NCBI RefSeq assembly: GCF_020969955.1
Contig: NZ_JAHDSX010000045.1
Span: 1 to 18,130, forward strand
Direction of reading: 5' to 3'
Length of the DNA stretch: 18,130 bases
DNA from: Allobaculum fili
GTDB taxonomy: Bacteria > Bacillota_I > Bacilli_A > Erysipelotrichales > Erysipelotrichaceae
Part shown: one piece after another, positions 6,541 through 13,515 of the stretch
Layout: every line of letters begins with the position of its first letter
Numbering within the stretch: position 1 is the first letter of the stretch
Position numbers and translations under genes: made by a program
Notes under the pieces: generated by a model
What the model was told of the DNA's origin: nothing
The model's input: only the letters and a program-made list of their open reading frames with translations
Database searches by the model: none

Positions 6541-7608
6541 TTACGAAACAGCTTCTTTTGGGAGGTAATTTACCTTTTCTTCGTACTGGCGAAGCTGTCT
6601 TGGACTTAAGGAAGAAAGAAATTCGCTCTCGAGCTGCAGGTATTCCTTCAAGTCGAGCAGCACGTGATAAAACATCGCCTGACTTTCAAAATCGCTCTGC
6701 TCATCCGGACACAAGGCGCCCTGCCGAATGAGGCGGTCGACGTCTTCAAGCTGCGTTTTTGGCCGGGAAGATTCCGTTACGTGAAAGGAGAGCGTGTCGA
6801 TAAAATTTGCGGCCAGTTTGCCATGTCCGGGTATGGACTGAATGGCTTTGACATGAGCATGCAGCTGCTTGAGAATCATGCACTGCAAAAGCCGCACTTC
6901 AAAATACTGCAGAAACCATTTGTCCCGTTCGTGAAAGGAGTTTTGCGTAAACTGGGTGGCCTGGGCGATGCATTCGTTCAGTTCCTCCTGCAGGAGATTG
7001 AGATCGCTGCGCGAAACGTCGGCTTTCTGTTCCTTGCGCAAATACGCCGACACGTCGCACAGGCACGTTTTCAGTTCGGCTTCGACGGCGCCGATTTTTC
7101 GATACAGGCGTTCGCGTTCACTCAGCGTCGGCTGCAGAAGATTCAGTCCGAAGGCGATGAGCGTACCGATCATGAGCAGAATCAGCTCATCGATCACAAA
7201 TTCCGCAGAAAAGTCCCGGTTGATCAGGAAGTGCGCGCCGATGACCGCGTTGACGGAAAGCGTACTTTGCCAGTTGAGCAGATCAAGAATCAGCACGTCG
7301 GCGAAAAGAAACAGAGCGTAAGCCAGATACGACTTTTCCACCAGAGGGAAAATGACGGCACAGATCACGACGGTAATCACAAAGGAAACCAGACGCCAGC
7401 CGATCAGCTGAATCGTATCCTTACGGGTACGGGCAATCAGAGTCAGCAGGGTAATGGTTCCCGCGGATGCCGCATTGGGAAGCTTCAGAAGCTGACAGAC
7501 CAGAATGGCGGCGGCAGAACCGATCCCGATTTTGACGGCGGCCGAAAGCGCCTGGCGCCCACGGCGGCCATACTTCCAGAGCTGCGGGCGAATTTTTTCA
7601 AAGTTCAT
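6541..7608 (-). CDS. Aromatic acid exporter / FUSC-like (ArAE_1, UPF0421-type) integral membrane protein
   Basis: A 355-aa ORF. The N-terminal half has about 5 TM segments (IGIGSAAAILVCQLL..., GTITLLTLIA..., LVSFVITVVICAVIFPLV...), and a helical cytoplasmic C-terminal half follows. This organisation and the N-terminal sequence resemble Bacillus YgaE/YqjA-type proteins. The assignment is from memory of the family pattern. Confidence 0.6.
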   Translation of the reverse strand: MNFEKIRPQLWKYGRRGRQALSAAVKIGIGSAAAILVCQLLKLPNAASAGTITLLTLIARTRKDTIQLIGWRLVSFVITVVICAVIFPLVEKSYLAYALFLFADVLILDLLNWQSTLSVNAVIGAHFLINRDFSAEFVIDELILLMIGTLIAFGLNLLQPTLSERERLYRKIGAVEAELKTCLCDVSAYLRKEQKADVSRSDLNLLQEELNECIAQATQFTQNSFHERDKWFLQYFEVRLLQCMILKQLHAHVKAIQSIPGHGKLAANFIDTLSFHVTESSRPKTQLEDVDRLIRQGALCPDEQSDFESQAMFYHVLLDLKEYLQLESEFLSSLSPRQLRQYEEKVNYLPKEAVS

Positions 7609-7644
7609 AAAAAAAATCTAGCATTCCGTCCCTCTTTTCATAGC

Positions 7645-7699
7645 GAAAAAATAAGAAAAGCTCCGAAAGCCCATGCAGAACAACGGGTTTCGAAGCTTT
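7645..7699 (-). terminator. Intrinsic terminator after the 318-aa hypothetical gene
   Basis: On the minus strand, AAAGCTTCGAAACCC pairs with GGGCTTTCGGAGCTTT (one G-U pair, one bulge). It is followed by TCTTATTTTTTC and starts about 10 nt after the stop codon (7709-7711). Confidence 0.75.
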
Positions 7700-7708
7700 G
7701 ATGTTTTC

Positions 7709-8665
7709 TCAGTCGATTTTCAGGACTTCGACTTCATCGTAGTCAGGAATCGGAAGGGAAGGGGTGTAGACGTACTGAAAGCTGGACGATCCGGCGGAAG
7801 GTTTCATTTCGTAGACATCCGCAAATACGGTCTGCCCTTCTTTTTTGTAAAGAATGTTGACGTGTCCAAAATACGAATTCGGTCTATCGTCGGGCCAGCT
7901 TAACGAAAAGGCGATCGTCGAATAGCTGGAATCCCTGCCGTCATCTGTCAGCTGAACGGTGTAGTTCTGATCTCCAAGCTCGCGATATGCTTTCAGCAGG
8001 TCTTCGTCGCTCATCGTTCCTTTCTCATCGAGAAAGTCGTAATCGGAGCGCAGGTCGCTTTCCCAAAATCCGTCAACGGAAAAGGACAGATCGTTCGCGT
8101 CCAGATCCGTTTTTTCGCTTCCGGACAGGGCCAGCGTCTGATACATCGTATCGACGCCAAAGGGCATATCGATCCAGGTGCAGGCGTCTGCGGAATACGA
8201 ATTCGGGTCATCTTCTTCTGTTCGGGTGTCGTAGACGTTGATACTCATGCTCTTCGATTTCAGCGTATCCTGTCTGGAAATCTGCAGGGTGGCGAAGCTG
8301 ACGCCATTGATCTTCTCAAGGTGAGCGACCTGAACGCTTACGCCGGCTTTTTCCAGTGTAAGCACGCCGTCTGCATCGTCCGTATAGGGAAAATCGGAGA
8401 TGGAAGAGGAACGCATCACATAAACCGGAAGCAGGACAAAGCACAGACCGGCGATAAGAAGCGCAACGGGTGCTGGCTTCAGCGCATGAAGCAGTCTGGA
8501 GATCTGATGAAAAGCCGGTCGATTGTGAGCGTTCTGGGAAGCCGTATTTTTTGAGGCGCGATTTGAGGCATGAAAAGAACGGGAGTCCTTTTGCGGCGGC
8601 AAAGGCGGCTTCTTTTTTCGTTTGCCAAAATCGTCTGGCGGCATGGCGGCCTGCTGCATAGGCAT
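7709..8665 (-). CDS. Hypothetical membrane-anchored protein: basic Pro/Lys-rich N-terminus, one TM helix, acidic extracytoplasmic domain
   Basis: A 318-aa ORF. The single hydrophobic segment is PAPVALLIAGLCFVLLPVYVM (about aa 64-84), preceded by KRKKKPPLPP. The remainder is D/E/S/T-rich with beta-like periodicity. A purine-rich SD (GGAGAGAGAGGAGA) sits upstream. The start could instead be the ATG at 8659. I recognise no family. Confidence 0.6.
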   Translation of the reverse strand: MPMQQAAMPPDDFGKRKKKPPLPPQKDSRSFHASNRASKNTASQNAHNRPAFHQISRLLHALKPAPVALLIAGLCFVLLPVYVMRSSSISDFPYTDDADGVLTLEKAGVSVQVAHLEKINGVSFATLQISRQDTLKSKSMSINVYDTRTEEDDPNSYSADACTWIDMPFGVDTMYQTLALSGSEKTDLDANDLSFSVDGFWESDLRSDYDFLDEKGTMSDEDLLKAYRELGDQNYTVQLTDDGRDSSYSTIAFSLSWPDDRPNSYFGHVNILYKKEGQTVFADVYEMKPSAGSSSFQYVYTPSLPIPDYDEVEVLKID

Positions 8666-8834
8666 TCTCCTCTCTCTCCATCCCTTTAAGCACAGGATTC
8701 TTCCTTTTCAAACCTGCAGGCAATAAAGACAGGCCGTCTGGACGATTTGGCGTCCGGCGCAGTTCTTTTCGTCTAAGGGACTGCTAAAATGATAGCAGTC
8801 CGATCTTTTGAATCGAACGCTTCATCCGAAAGGG

Positions 8835-8914
8835 GAAGAAAAAAGACCAAAGCTCTGGAAAAAAGGACAAAGGGCTGGTGAAAAGGACAAGGATCTGGAA
8901 AGAAAAAGAGGAAT
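8835..8914 (+). repeat. Four tandem 20-bp purine-rich repeat units immediately upstream of the next CDS
   Basis: The units are 8835-8854 GAAGAAAAAAGACCAAAGCT, 8855-8874 CTGGAAAAAAGGACAAAGGG, 8875-8894 CTGGTGAAAAGGACAAGGAT and 8895-8914 CTGGAAAGAAAAAGAGGAAT. The two central units match at 15/20 positions. The outer units are degenerate (13/20 and 11/20 against unit 2). Confidence 0.7.
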
Positions 8915-8918
8915 TGTC

Positions 8919-9677
8919 ATGGCACAAAGAAAAAACAGTCTGAACAGGAAAAAGGCATTTCACACGTTTGATGAACTTTCTGCGTATGCTGCAGCCGGAT
9001 ATGCGATTGTATTTGGCATCTGCTTTACGTTTTTACTCGGTGTTTTTGACCGGTCGAAAAATTTCTTTGCTTTTCTGTTCTGCATGCTTTCGCTTTTTTA
9101 CGGCCTGCTTGCCGTAACGCGCTTTTTCAAAGCCATCCAGTCCCATTCGGCCCGCCCTTCGACAAAGCGGTCCGCGCCAGATGCGGAACAAAAGCCTCCG
9201 CTTCCTGTCCAGGCGAAAGCGCCGGAATATGAGCGAGAGGTTCCCGAACCGTATCGAAAGCGTCTGGCCATTTTGAAAAAGCAGATTGAACAGGCGGAGG
9301 AGAGCGAAAATGCGATCGACCGTCTGATTCAGGATTCCTTTGGCAGCTCCTGGATGTCTGCTTCCCGCTACAAGAGCGTACTGGACGGAGCCAGAGACGT
9401 TCTCGAAAAAAACTATGAAAACGCCAGTCAGGCTGTTGAAGTATTCGGCAGTGCCGACGTAACGGAAAAGCGGATCCGCTTTCTGGACAATTACGTGGCG
9501 GATTCGACGGATCTTCTCAACCGTATCAACGGCGTGATCGACAAGCTGCTCGAACTGCGCCAGAGCCAGACTTTAAAGGACGGCGACGATCTGGATGAAC
9601 GGCTCGATGAGCTGTCCAGAACGACGATGCTGTATTCAAATCAGCCAGCGCGCATGCCCTCTGGCCAGAACAAGTAA
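8919..9677 (+). CDS. Membrane protein with two N-terminal TM helices and a C-terminal helical domain (possibly XpaC / TelA-like)
   Basis: The start is placed at ATG 8919 (MAQRKNS), 8 nt after AGAGGA. The TTG-initiated extension from 8808 lacks an SD and is the repeat array translated. The TM helices are AAGYAIVFGICFTFLLGVF and FFAFLFCMLSLFYGLLAV. A roughly 150-aa coiled/helical region follows. The family call comes from architecture only and is weak. Confidence 0.55.
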   Translation: MAQRKNSLNRKKAFHTFDELSAYAAAGYAIVFGICFTFLLGVFDRSKNFFAFLFCMLSLFYGLLAVTRFFKAIQSHSARPSTKRSAPDAEQKPPLPVQAKAPEYEREVPEPYRKRLAILKKQIEQAEESENAIDRLIQDSFGSSWMSASRYKSVLDGARDVLEKNYENASQAVEVFGSADVTEKRIRFLDNYVADSTDLLNRINGVIDKLLELRQSQTLKDGDDLDERLDELSRTTMLYSNQPARMPSGQNK

Positions 9678-10132
9678 AACTTACAGGAACAAGAAAATAA
9701 CAGACACGACCCAGACAGTTTCATTCCGTCCTTCTCGCAGGCAGAGAAGGGACTGGATGGAGCTGTTTGTTTCTGCCTTTCTCTGTGTTTGTCTGCTTAT
9801 CTGCAATTTTTTCATCGCTCAGTGCGCATTTTTCACCGCTTTTGCTCGTTCTGGACCATCCAGAACCTGCAGGAAATCTCAGAGATCGTACACAATTCCT
9901 GCCCCGTTCCAAAAAGAATGACCATTTAAATCCCGATTGGATATCCTAGAAACAGAACGATCATCCAAAATGATCACGAATATGTTTATGAAAACCGATG
10001 ATCGATTCCCGCTATGCCCGCTATGCTGAGGCTGTTTTTGGAAAGGCAGTAAAAAATTACCCCCTTCGCGAGGGCAGTTTGGCGAGGATCTTATCATTTT
10101 TGTGAAATCAGGAAACAGGAGGAGTTTCTACG

Positions 10133-12166
10133 ATGGAAAGCCAGAGAACGATTACCCGACGCTTGGCTTCGGCGCTGGATTCGCTCGAAGACGAATTCAG
10201 CGGCCTGTATACAAAACGGGCTGTCACGCTGCGGCAGAAAGCTTTGGAAAAAGCCACCGAATCCATGCGGCCGTCCGCTTTAAAAAAGCTGCTGGATCTT
10301 TACGATCGCCTGGGCATTTCGTATTTGCCCGATCAGTCCAATGACTACTATCTTCACCTTACCGACACGTATGCATTCGAGCTGGAAACGTTTGAAGATG
10401 TCGAAGCCAGCATGCTGAACAGTCTCTATCGTCGCTTTCAGACGTATGCCACACCCAGTGAATATCTCAAACGCGATGTGGACCGTCTGAGTTTTCCCGA
10501 AGATGCAGCCTGGAAGGACGATTCGCTTCGGGTACGCATTCTCCGGCAGTTTGTGAAATACGGCGGATTTCCAAAATCCGCAGGGTTTGGAGGCAAAAAC
10601 TACCTGCAGAGCTGCGTCCGCGAAAAATCCGGCAATCCGAGAATGACGCTCGAAAACGGTGCGGATTTTCTCGATGACGATGTCTTTGAACCGCTGGCCA
10701 CTGCAGACAGGCCGGATCTGAAGCCGAAAGGCAAATACGGACTGCTTCGAAAAATCGATGATCTGGCCCGAGGCCGTTTTCGCGTACAGGGCGTTACAGT
10801 GCAGATGCTGTACTATTTCGCCATTGTCTATAACATGAGCTACTTTACGAACAATCAGGCGGACTTTGAAATTCTGGATCACGATTCCGATATCGAAATC
10901 AATCTGTTCCGGGACTACTACGACAATAACCTCACCCGCTTTTTATCGGAATCCATGACAAACCGGGCAGGCGGACTGGAGTATGTGCCGACCGGCCGCG
11001 GCATCAATTACAAGAACTTCGCGGAAATGGTCTATCTCTACTACCTTCGCCAGAACGATCTGAGTCCGGCGCAGAAAATTGAGCGCGCGGAACAGATGAT
11101 TGACTCGATCCGCAGTGAAAAAAGTAAGAGCGGAAAGTCCGTAAAAGCTATGGAGACGCCGACACAGCAGTATCGAAATTACGTCCGGCAGAGCCCTCTC
11201 GCCTCGAATCTGGAAGGACAGGACGCGCTTTCGTGGTCGGAGGAGGATTTTAAAGCGTTTCTTCTCGAAAACTACGACTGCGATATCTACGCGCTGACGG
11301 ATACTAGGAGAACGCCGACCGTCATGGAACTGGCACAGGAACAGCGCAGTGCCAGAGCGCAGTATCAGGCGATTCTCGATCAGCTCAATGCGCGCGGCGT
11401 GGATGCCCAGACGTGCAAAGGCGGTCTGTGGTTTACCGACGTACGCTCCATGCAAAAAGAGGGGATCGGGCTGCTCGAAGAAAAACTGGGCGTTGCGGGC
11501 GAAGACGTCAAACAGTTTGCGCGTCTTCTGATCAATGCCAACAATCTGGTCTCTTCTATAGGAAAAGACGGAAAACAGTTCAGAAAGCAGGAAGAAAACC
11601 TTTTGCCGGAAGTGCTTCTGGAAGCGCTGAATCCGTCCGATACCGAAGAAGAACCGGATGCGGAAGATCCCATGCAAATCTGGACGGATTTTGTGGCCAG
11701 GGTTCGCAATCAGTGTGCAGACCAGAATCTGGATGACAAAGAAATCCTGAACCTGGCCAGAGTTCTGGCCAGGGACAATGGGATAACGGTACCAGAAACT
11801 TTGCCGAAGGCAGCCGTACAAAACGGGAAAGCAAACAGACTGGCCAGTTTGAAAAAGCAAGCCGATTCCCAGAAACAGGCCGAAGCTTCAAACACGCAAG
11901 AAGCTGAGCCGAAACCAGAGCCCAGAAGCGTGCCGCAGCTTATGGCGATGAGCCGGACGGTTTTGCTGAGTGCCTTCTACTATTTGTTCAACGATCTGCA
12001 CGCCGTCGATTCCCCCGATATGTGGGCGTGCTACGAAGATCTGTTCAAAGCCTTTAAGCAGCAGGCGGATCCGTATCTGATCGCCGCCGGCTACCAGCCC
12101 GTCAGCGGCAAAAATCTGTTCGATGTCCTGCTGACCTTCTCCTCCTACGCCTCCCTGATTCTTTAG
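10133..12166 (+). CDS. Hypothetical 677-aa soluble protein with no recognisable domain (first gene of the kinase/phosphatase cassette)
   Basis: A long ORF with a strong SD (AGGAGGAG) 10 nt before the ATG. Amino-acid composition is protein-like throughout and no TM segment is present. There is an acidic/Lys-rich low-complexity stretch at about aa 495-600. I found no Walker, MIDAS (DxSxS) or FHA motifs. Confidence 0.75.
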   Translation: MESQRTITRRLASALDSLEDEFSGLYTKRAVTLRQKALEKATESMRPSALKKLLDLYDRLGISYLPDQSNDYYLHLTDTYAFELETFEDVEASMLNSLYRRFQTYATPSEYLKRDVDRLSFPEDAAWKDDSLRVRILRQFVKYGGFPKSAGFGGKNYLQSCVREKSGNPRMTLENGADFLDDDVFEPLATADRPDLKPKGKYGLLRKIDDLARGRFRVQGVTVQMLYYFAIVYNMSYFTNNQADFEILDHDSDIEINLFRDYYDNNLTRFLSESMTNRAGGLEYVPTGRGINYKNFAEMVYLYYLRQNDLSPAQKIERAEQMIDSIRSEKSKSGKSVKAMETPTQQYRNYVRQSPLASNLEGQDALSWSEEDFKAFLLENYDCDIYALTDTRRTPTVMELAQEQRSARAQYQAILDQLNARGVDAQTCKGGLWFTDVRSMQKEGIGLLEEKLGVAGEDVKQFARLLINANNLVSSIGKDGKQFRKQEENLLPEVLLEALNPSDTEEEPDAEDPMQIWTDFVARVRNQCADQNLDDKEILNLARVLARDNGITVPETLPKAAVQNGKANRLASLKKQADSQKQAEASNTQEAEPKPEPRSVPQLMAMSRTVLLSAFYYLFNDLHAVDSPDMWACYEDLFKAFKQQADPYLIAAGYQPVSGKNLFDVLLTFSSYASLIL

Positions 12167-12202
12167 CGGCTCCTGGCCGCCCGACAGCACCTTCTGCGTG
12201 AG

Positions 12203-12280
12203 GGAATTTTCCGTTATGTATACGAGAGGAAATTCTCTGTTATGTATATCGGTTATTTAGATCGGTTGCTTATATCGGTG
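12203..12280 (+). repeat. Two sets of direct repeats in the spacer upstream of the PP2C gene
   Basis: GGAATTTTCCGTTATGTATA (12203-12222) repeats as GGAAATTCTCTGTTATGTATA (12228-12248), sharing an identical 10-mer GTTATGTATA. This is followed by ATCGGTT / ATCGGTT / ATCGGTG at 12248, 12261 and 12274, an exact 13-nt period. Confidence 0.6.
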
Positions 12281-12384
12281 GCCTTGCGGACGGTTCTGTC
12301 TTTCGCCTTTCTTTTTCGAAACAACCGGCTCTGCCGCCGCGGCAGTTCCTGGCGAAGAAGGGAGATGTCTGTGGAGGAAGAAAA

Positions 12385-13374
12385 ATGCTGTTTTGGATGT
12401 CGGATCGCGGTACGCGTCATATCCAGGAAAAGAAAGACTGCGAAGACTGCCTCGGCGCGGCAGTGGAAGAAAATCGTGTCGTTTTGGCACTGGCGGACGG
12501 AGTCAGTACGTGTAAAAAAGCGGCGAAAGGCGCAAAAATCGCGGTGCACACGCTGCTCGATCTGCTGATGGATCTGGATCTGACCCGGCCGGCCGGTCTT
12601 CAGCGCCAGAAAATCTTTGAGAAAGTGTGGAATGCCCAGCGACTGGAAGCCGAAAAAACCGGATGCAGCGTAGAGGACTATTCGTGTATATACGCCGCGC
12701 TTCGATACGACCGGGATACGGATCGTCTGTTTTATCTCTCGCTTGGCGATGCGATGATCCTGGCGATGGGAGAAGAAACCGATCGGGGGCTGCTGGTCAT
12801 GCCGGCTTCGAAGCAAAACGGAACACCCGCATCGACCACAGTGCATGGCGAGCGTCTCCTTCAGATCGGACACGTCTGCGGCAAGCCGTATACGTCAATT
12901 CTGCTTTGTTCGGATGGAGCCTGGTCTTTACTGTACGATCGCAACCGCATGAAAACCGAGGCTCGAAAGCTCATAGAATCCGAAAACTTCGAGGGAATTA
13001 CGGGCTATCTGAAAAAAGGAAACGGTGTGGACGACTGTTCCTTTTTAGCGCTCCAGCTCGAAAACTGGATAAGGGCATCGAACATACGACCGGCACGACG
13101 GCACGCCGGTTTGTGTCGATATAAAAACGCCGGCCCAAATGCGGCTGCCTATCCGGGGCCGGGAAATCGAATAGAACGTATTCTGGTTCGTCGAAGCCCA
13201 GAGTCACCGGTTTTTGCTGATTTTTCGGGGGACACGATCGCAAAAGCCGGCACCTGGAGGCTTCAGGCCGACGGCGCGGTTTCTTATTCGCCTTTTGAAA
13301 GAAAGCAGAAGCCGGAGAGCCGCCGAATACGCAGAACCATTTTGCTGCAGGGCGAGGGAAGCATGCCCCTGTAG
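12385..13374 (+). CDS. PP2C-family (PP2C_2-like) Ser/Thr protein phosphatase with an unusual ~105-aa Arg-rich C-terminal extension
   Basis: The SD GGAGGAAG ends 5 nt before the ATG. Metal-binding motif blocks appear in canonical order: KDCEDC (NxD-like), VVLALADGVST, ILLCSDGAW and GVDDCSF. The core ends at about nt 13060. The ORF runs on to 13374 with low-complexity sequence, so the 3' boundary of the real product is uncertain. Confidence 0.75.
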   Translation: MLFWMSDRGTRHIQEKKDCEDCLGAAVEENRVVLALADGVSTCKKAAKGAKIAVHTLLDLLMDLDLTRPAGLQRQKIFEKVWNAQRLEAEKTGCSVEDYSCIYAALRYDRDTDRLFYLSLGDAMILAMGEETDRGLLVMPASKQNGTPASTTVHGERLLQIGHVCGKPYTSILLCSDGAWSLLYDRNRMKTEARKLIESENFEGITGYLKKGNGVDDCSFLALQLENWIRASNIRPARRHAGLCRYKNAGPNAAAYPGPGNRIERILVRRSPESPVFADFSGDTIAKAGTWRLQADGAVSYSPFERKQKPESRRIRRTILLQGEGSMPL

Positions 13375-13458
13375 AAGCATGTCGCTGTAAAGGAAAACCG
13401 CCAGCAGCTGAAAAAAAACGGTCGTCCGGGGACGGACAAAACGCACCGGTGCGAGAAG

Positions 13459-13482
13459 ACTTGAAAAGAAACTTGAAAAGAA
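13459..13482 (+). repeat. Perfect tandem duplication ACTTGAAAAGAA x2 in the purine-rich leader of the kinase gene
   Basis: 13459-13470 and 13471-13482 are identical. The perfect 12-bp palindrome CGCACCGGTGCG lies just upstream (13442-13453). Confidence 0.7.
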
Positions 13483-13515
13483 AAGGAAAAAAAGCTGACT
13501 GAGAAGAAGGCCGAT

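Noticed and set aside
9755-9925. Possible small hydrophobic Cys-rich peptide MELFVSAFLCVCLLICNFFIAQCAFF... (toxin-like), with AGAAGGGA upstream
   Set aside because: The putative SD lies inside the hairpin GTCCTTCTC...GAGAAGGGAC (about 9727-9754) that follows the upstream gene. The hydrophobicity simply reflects a C/T-rich stretch. There is no independent support.
10008-10025. Tandem duplication CCCGCTATG x2
   Set aside because: Only two 9-bp copies in an intergenic region, too short to interpret. This is probably slippage.
13215-13300. Riboswitch-like look of ACGATCGCAAAAGCCGGCACCTGGAGGCTTCAGGCC (reminiscent of the ACGCAAAGC core of c-di-GMP-I)
   Set aside because: Only a short partial resemblance. 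I could not build the two-hairpin GEMM architecture or a GNRA loop/receptor pair. An Infernal scan would be needed before making any claim.
13411-13437. A8 tract plus GTCCG-GGGA-CGGAC hairpin, which reads as a hairpin followed by T8 on the minus strand
   Set aside because: It has only a 5-bp stem, and there is no minus-strand gene upstream for it to terminate. At most it is a weak block to antisense transcription.
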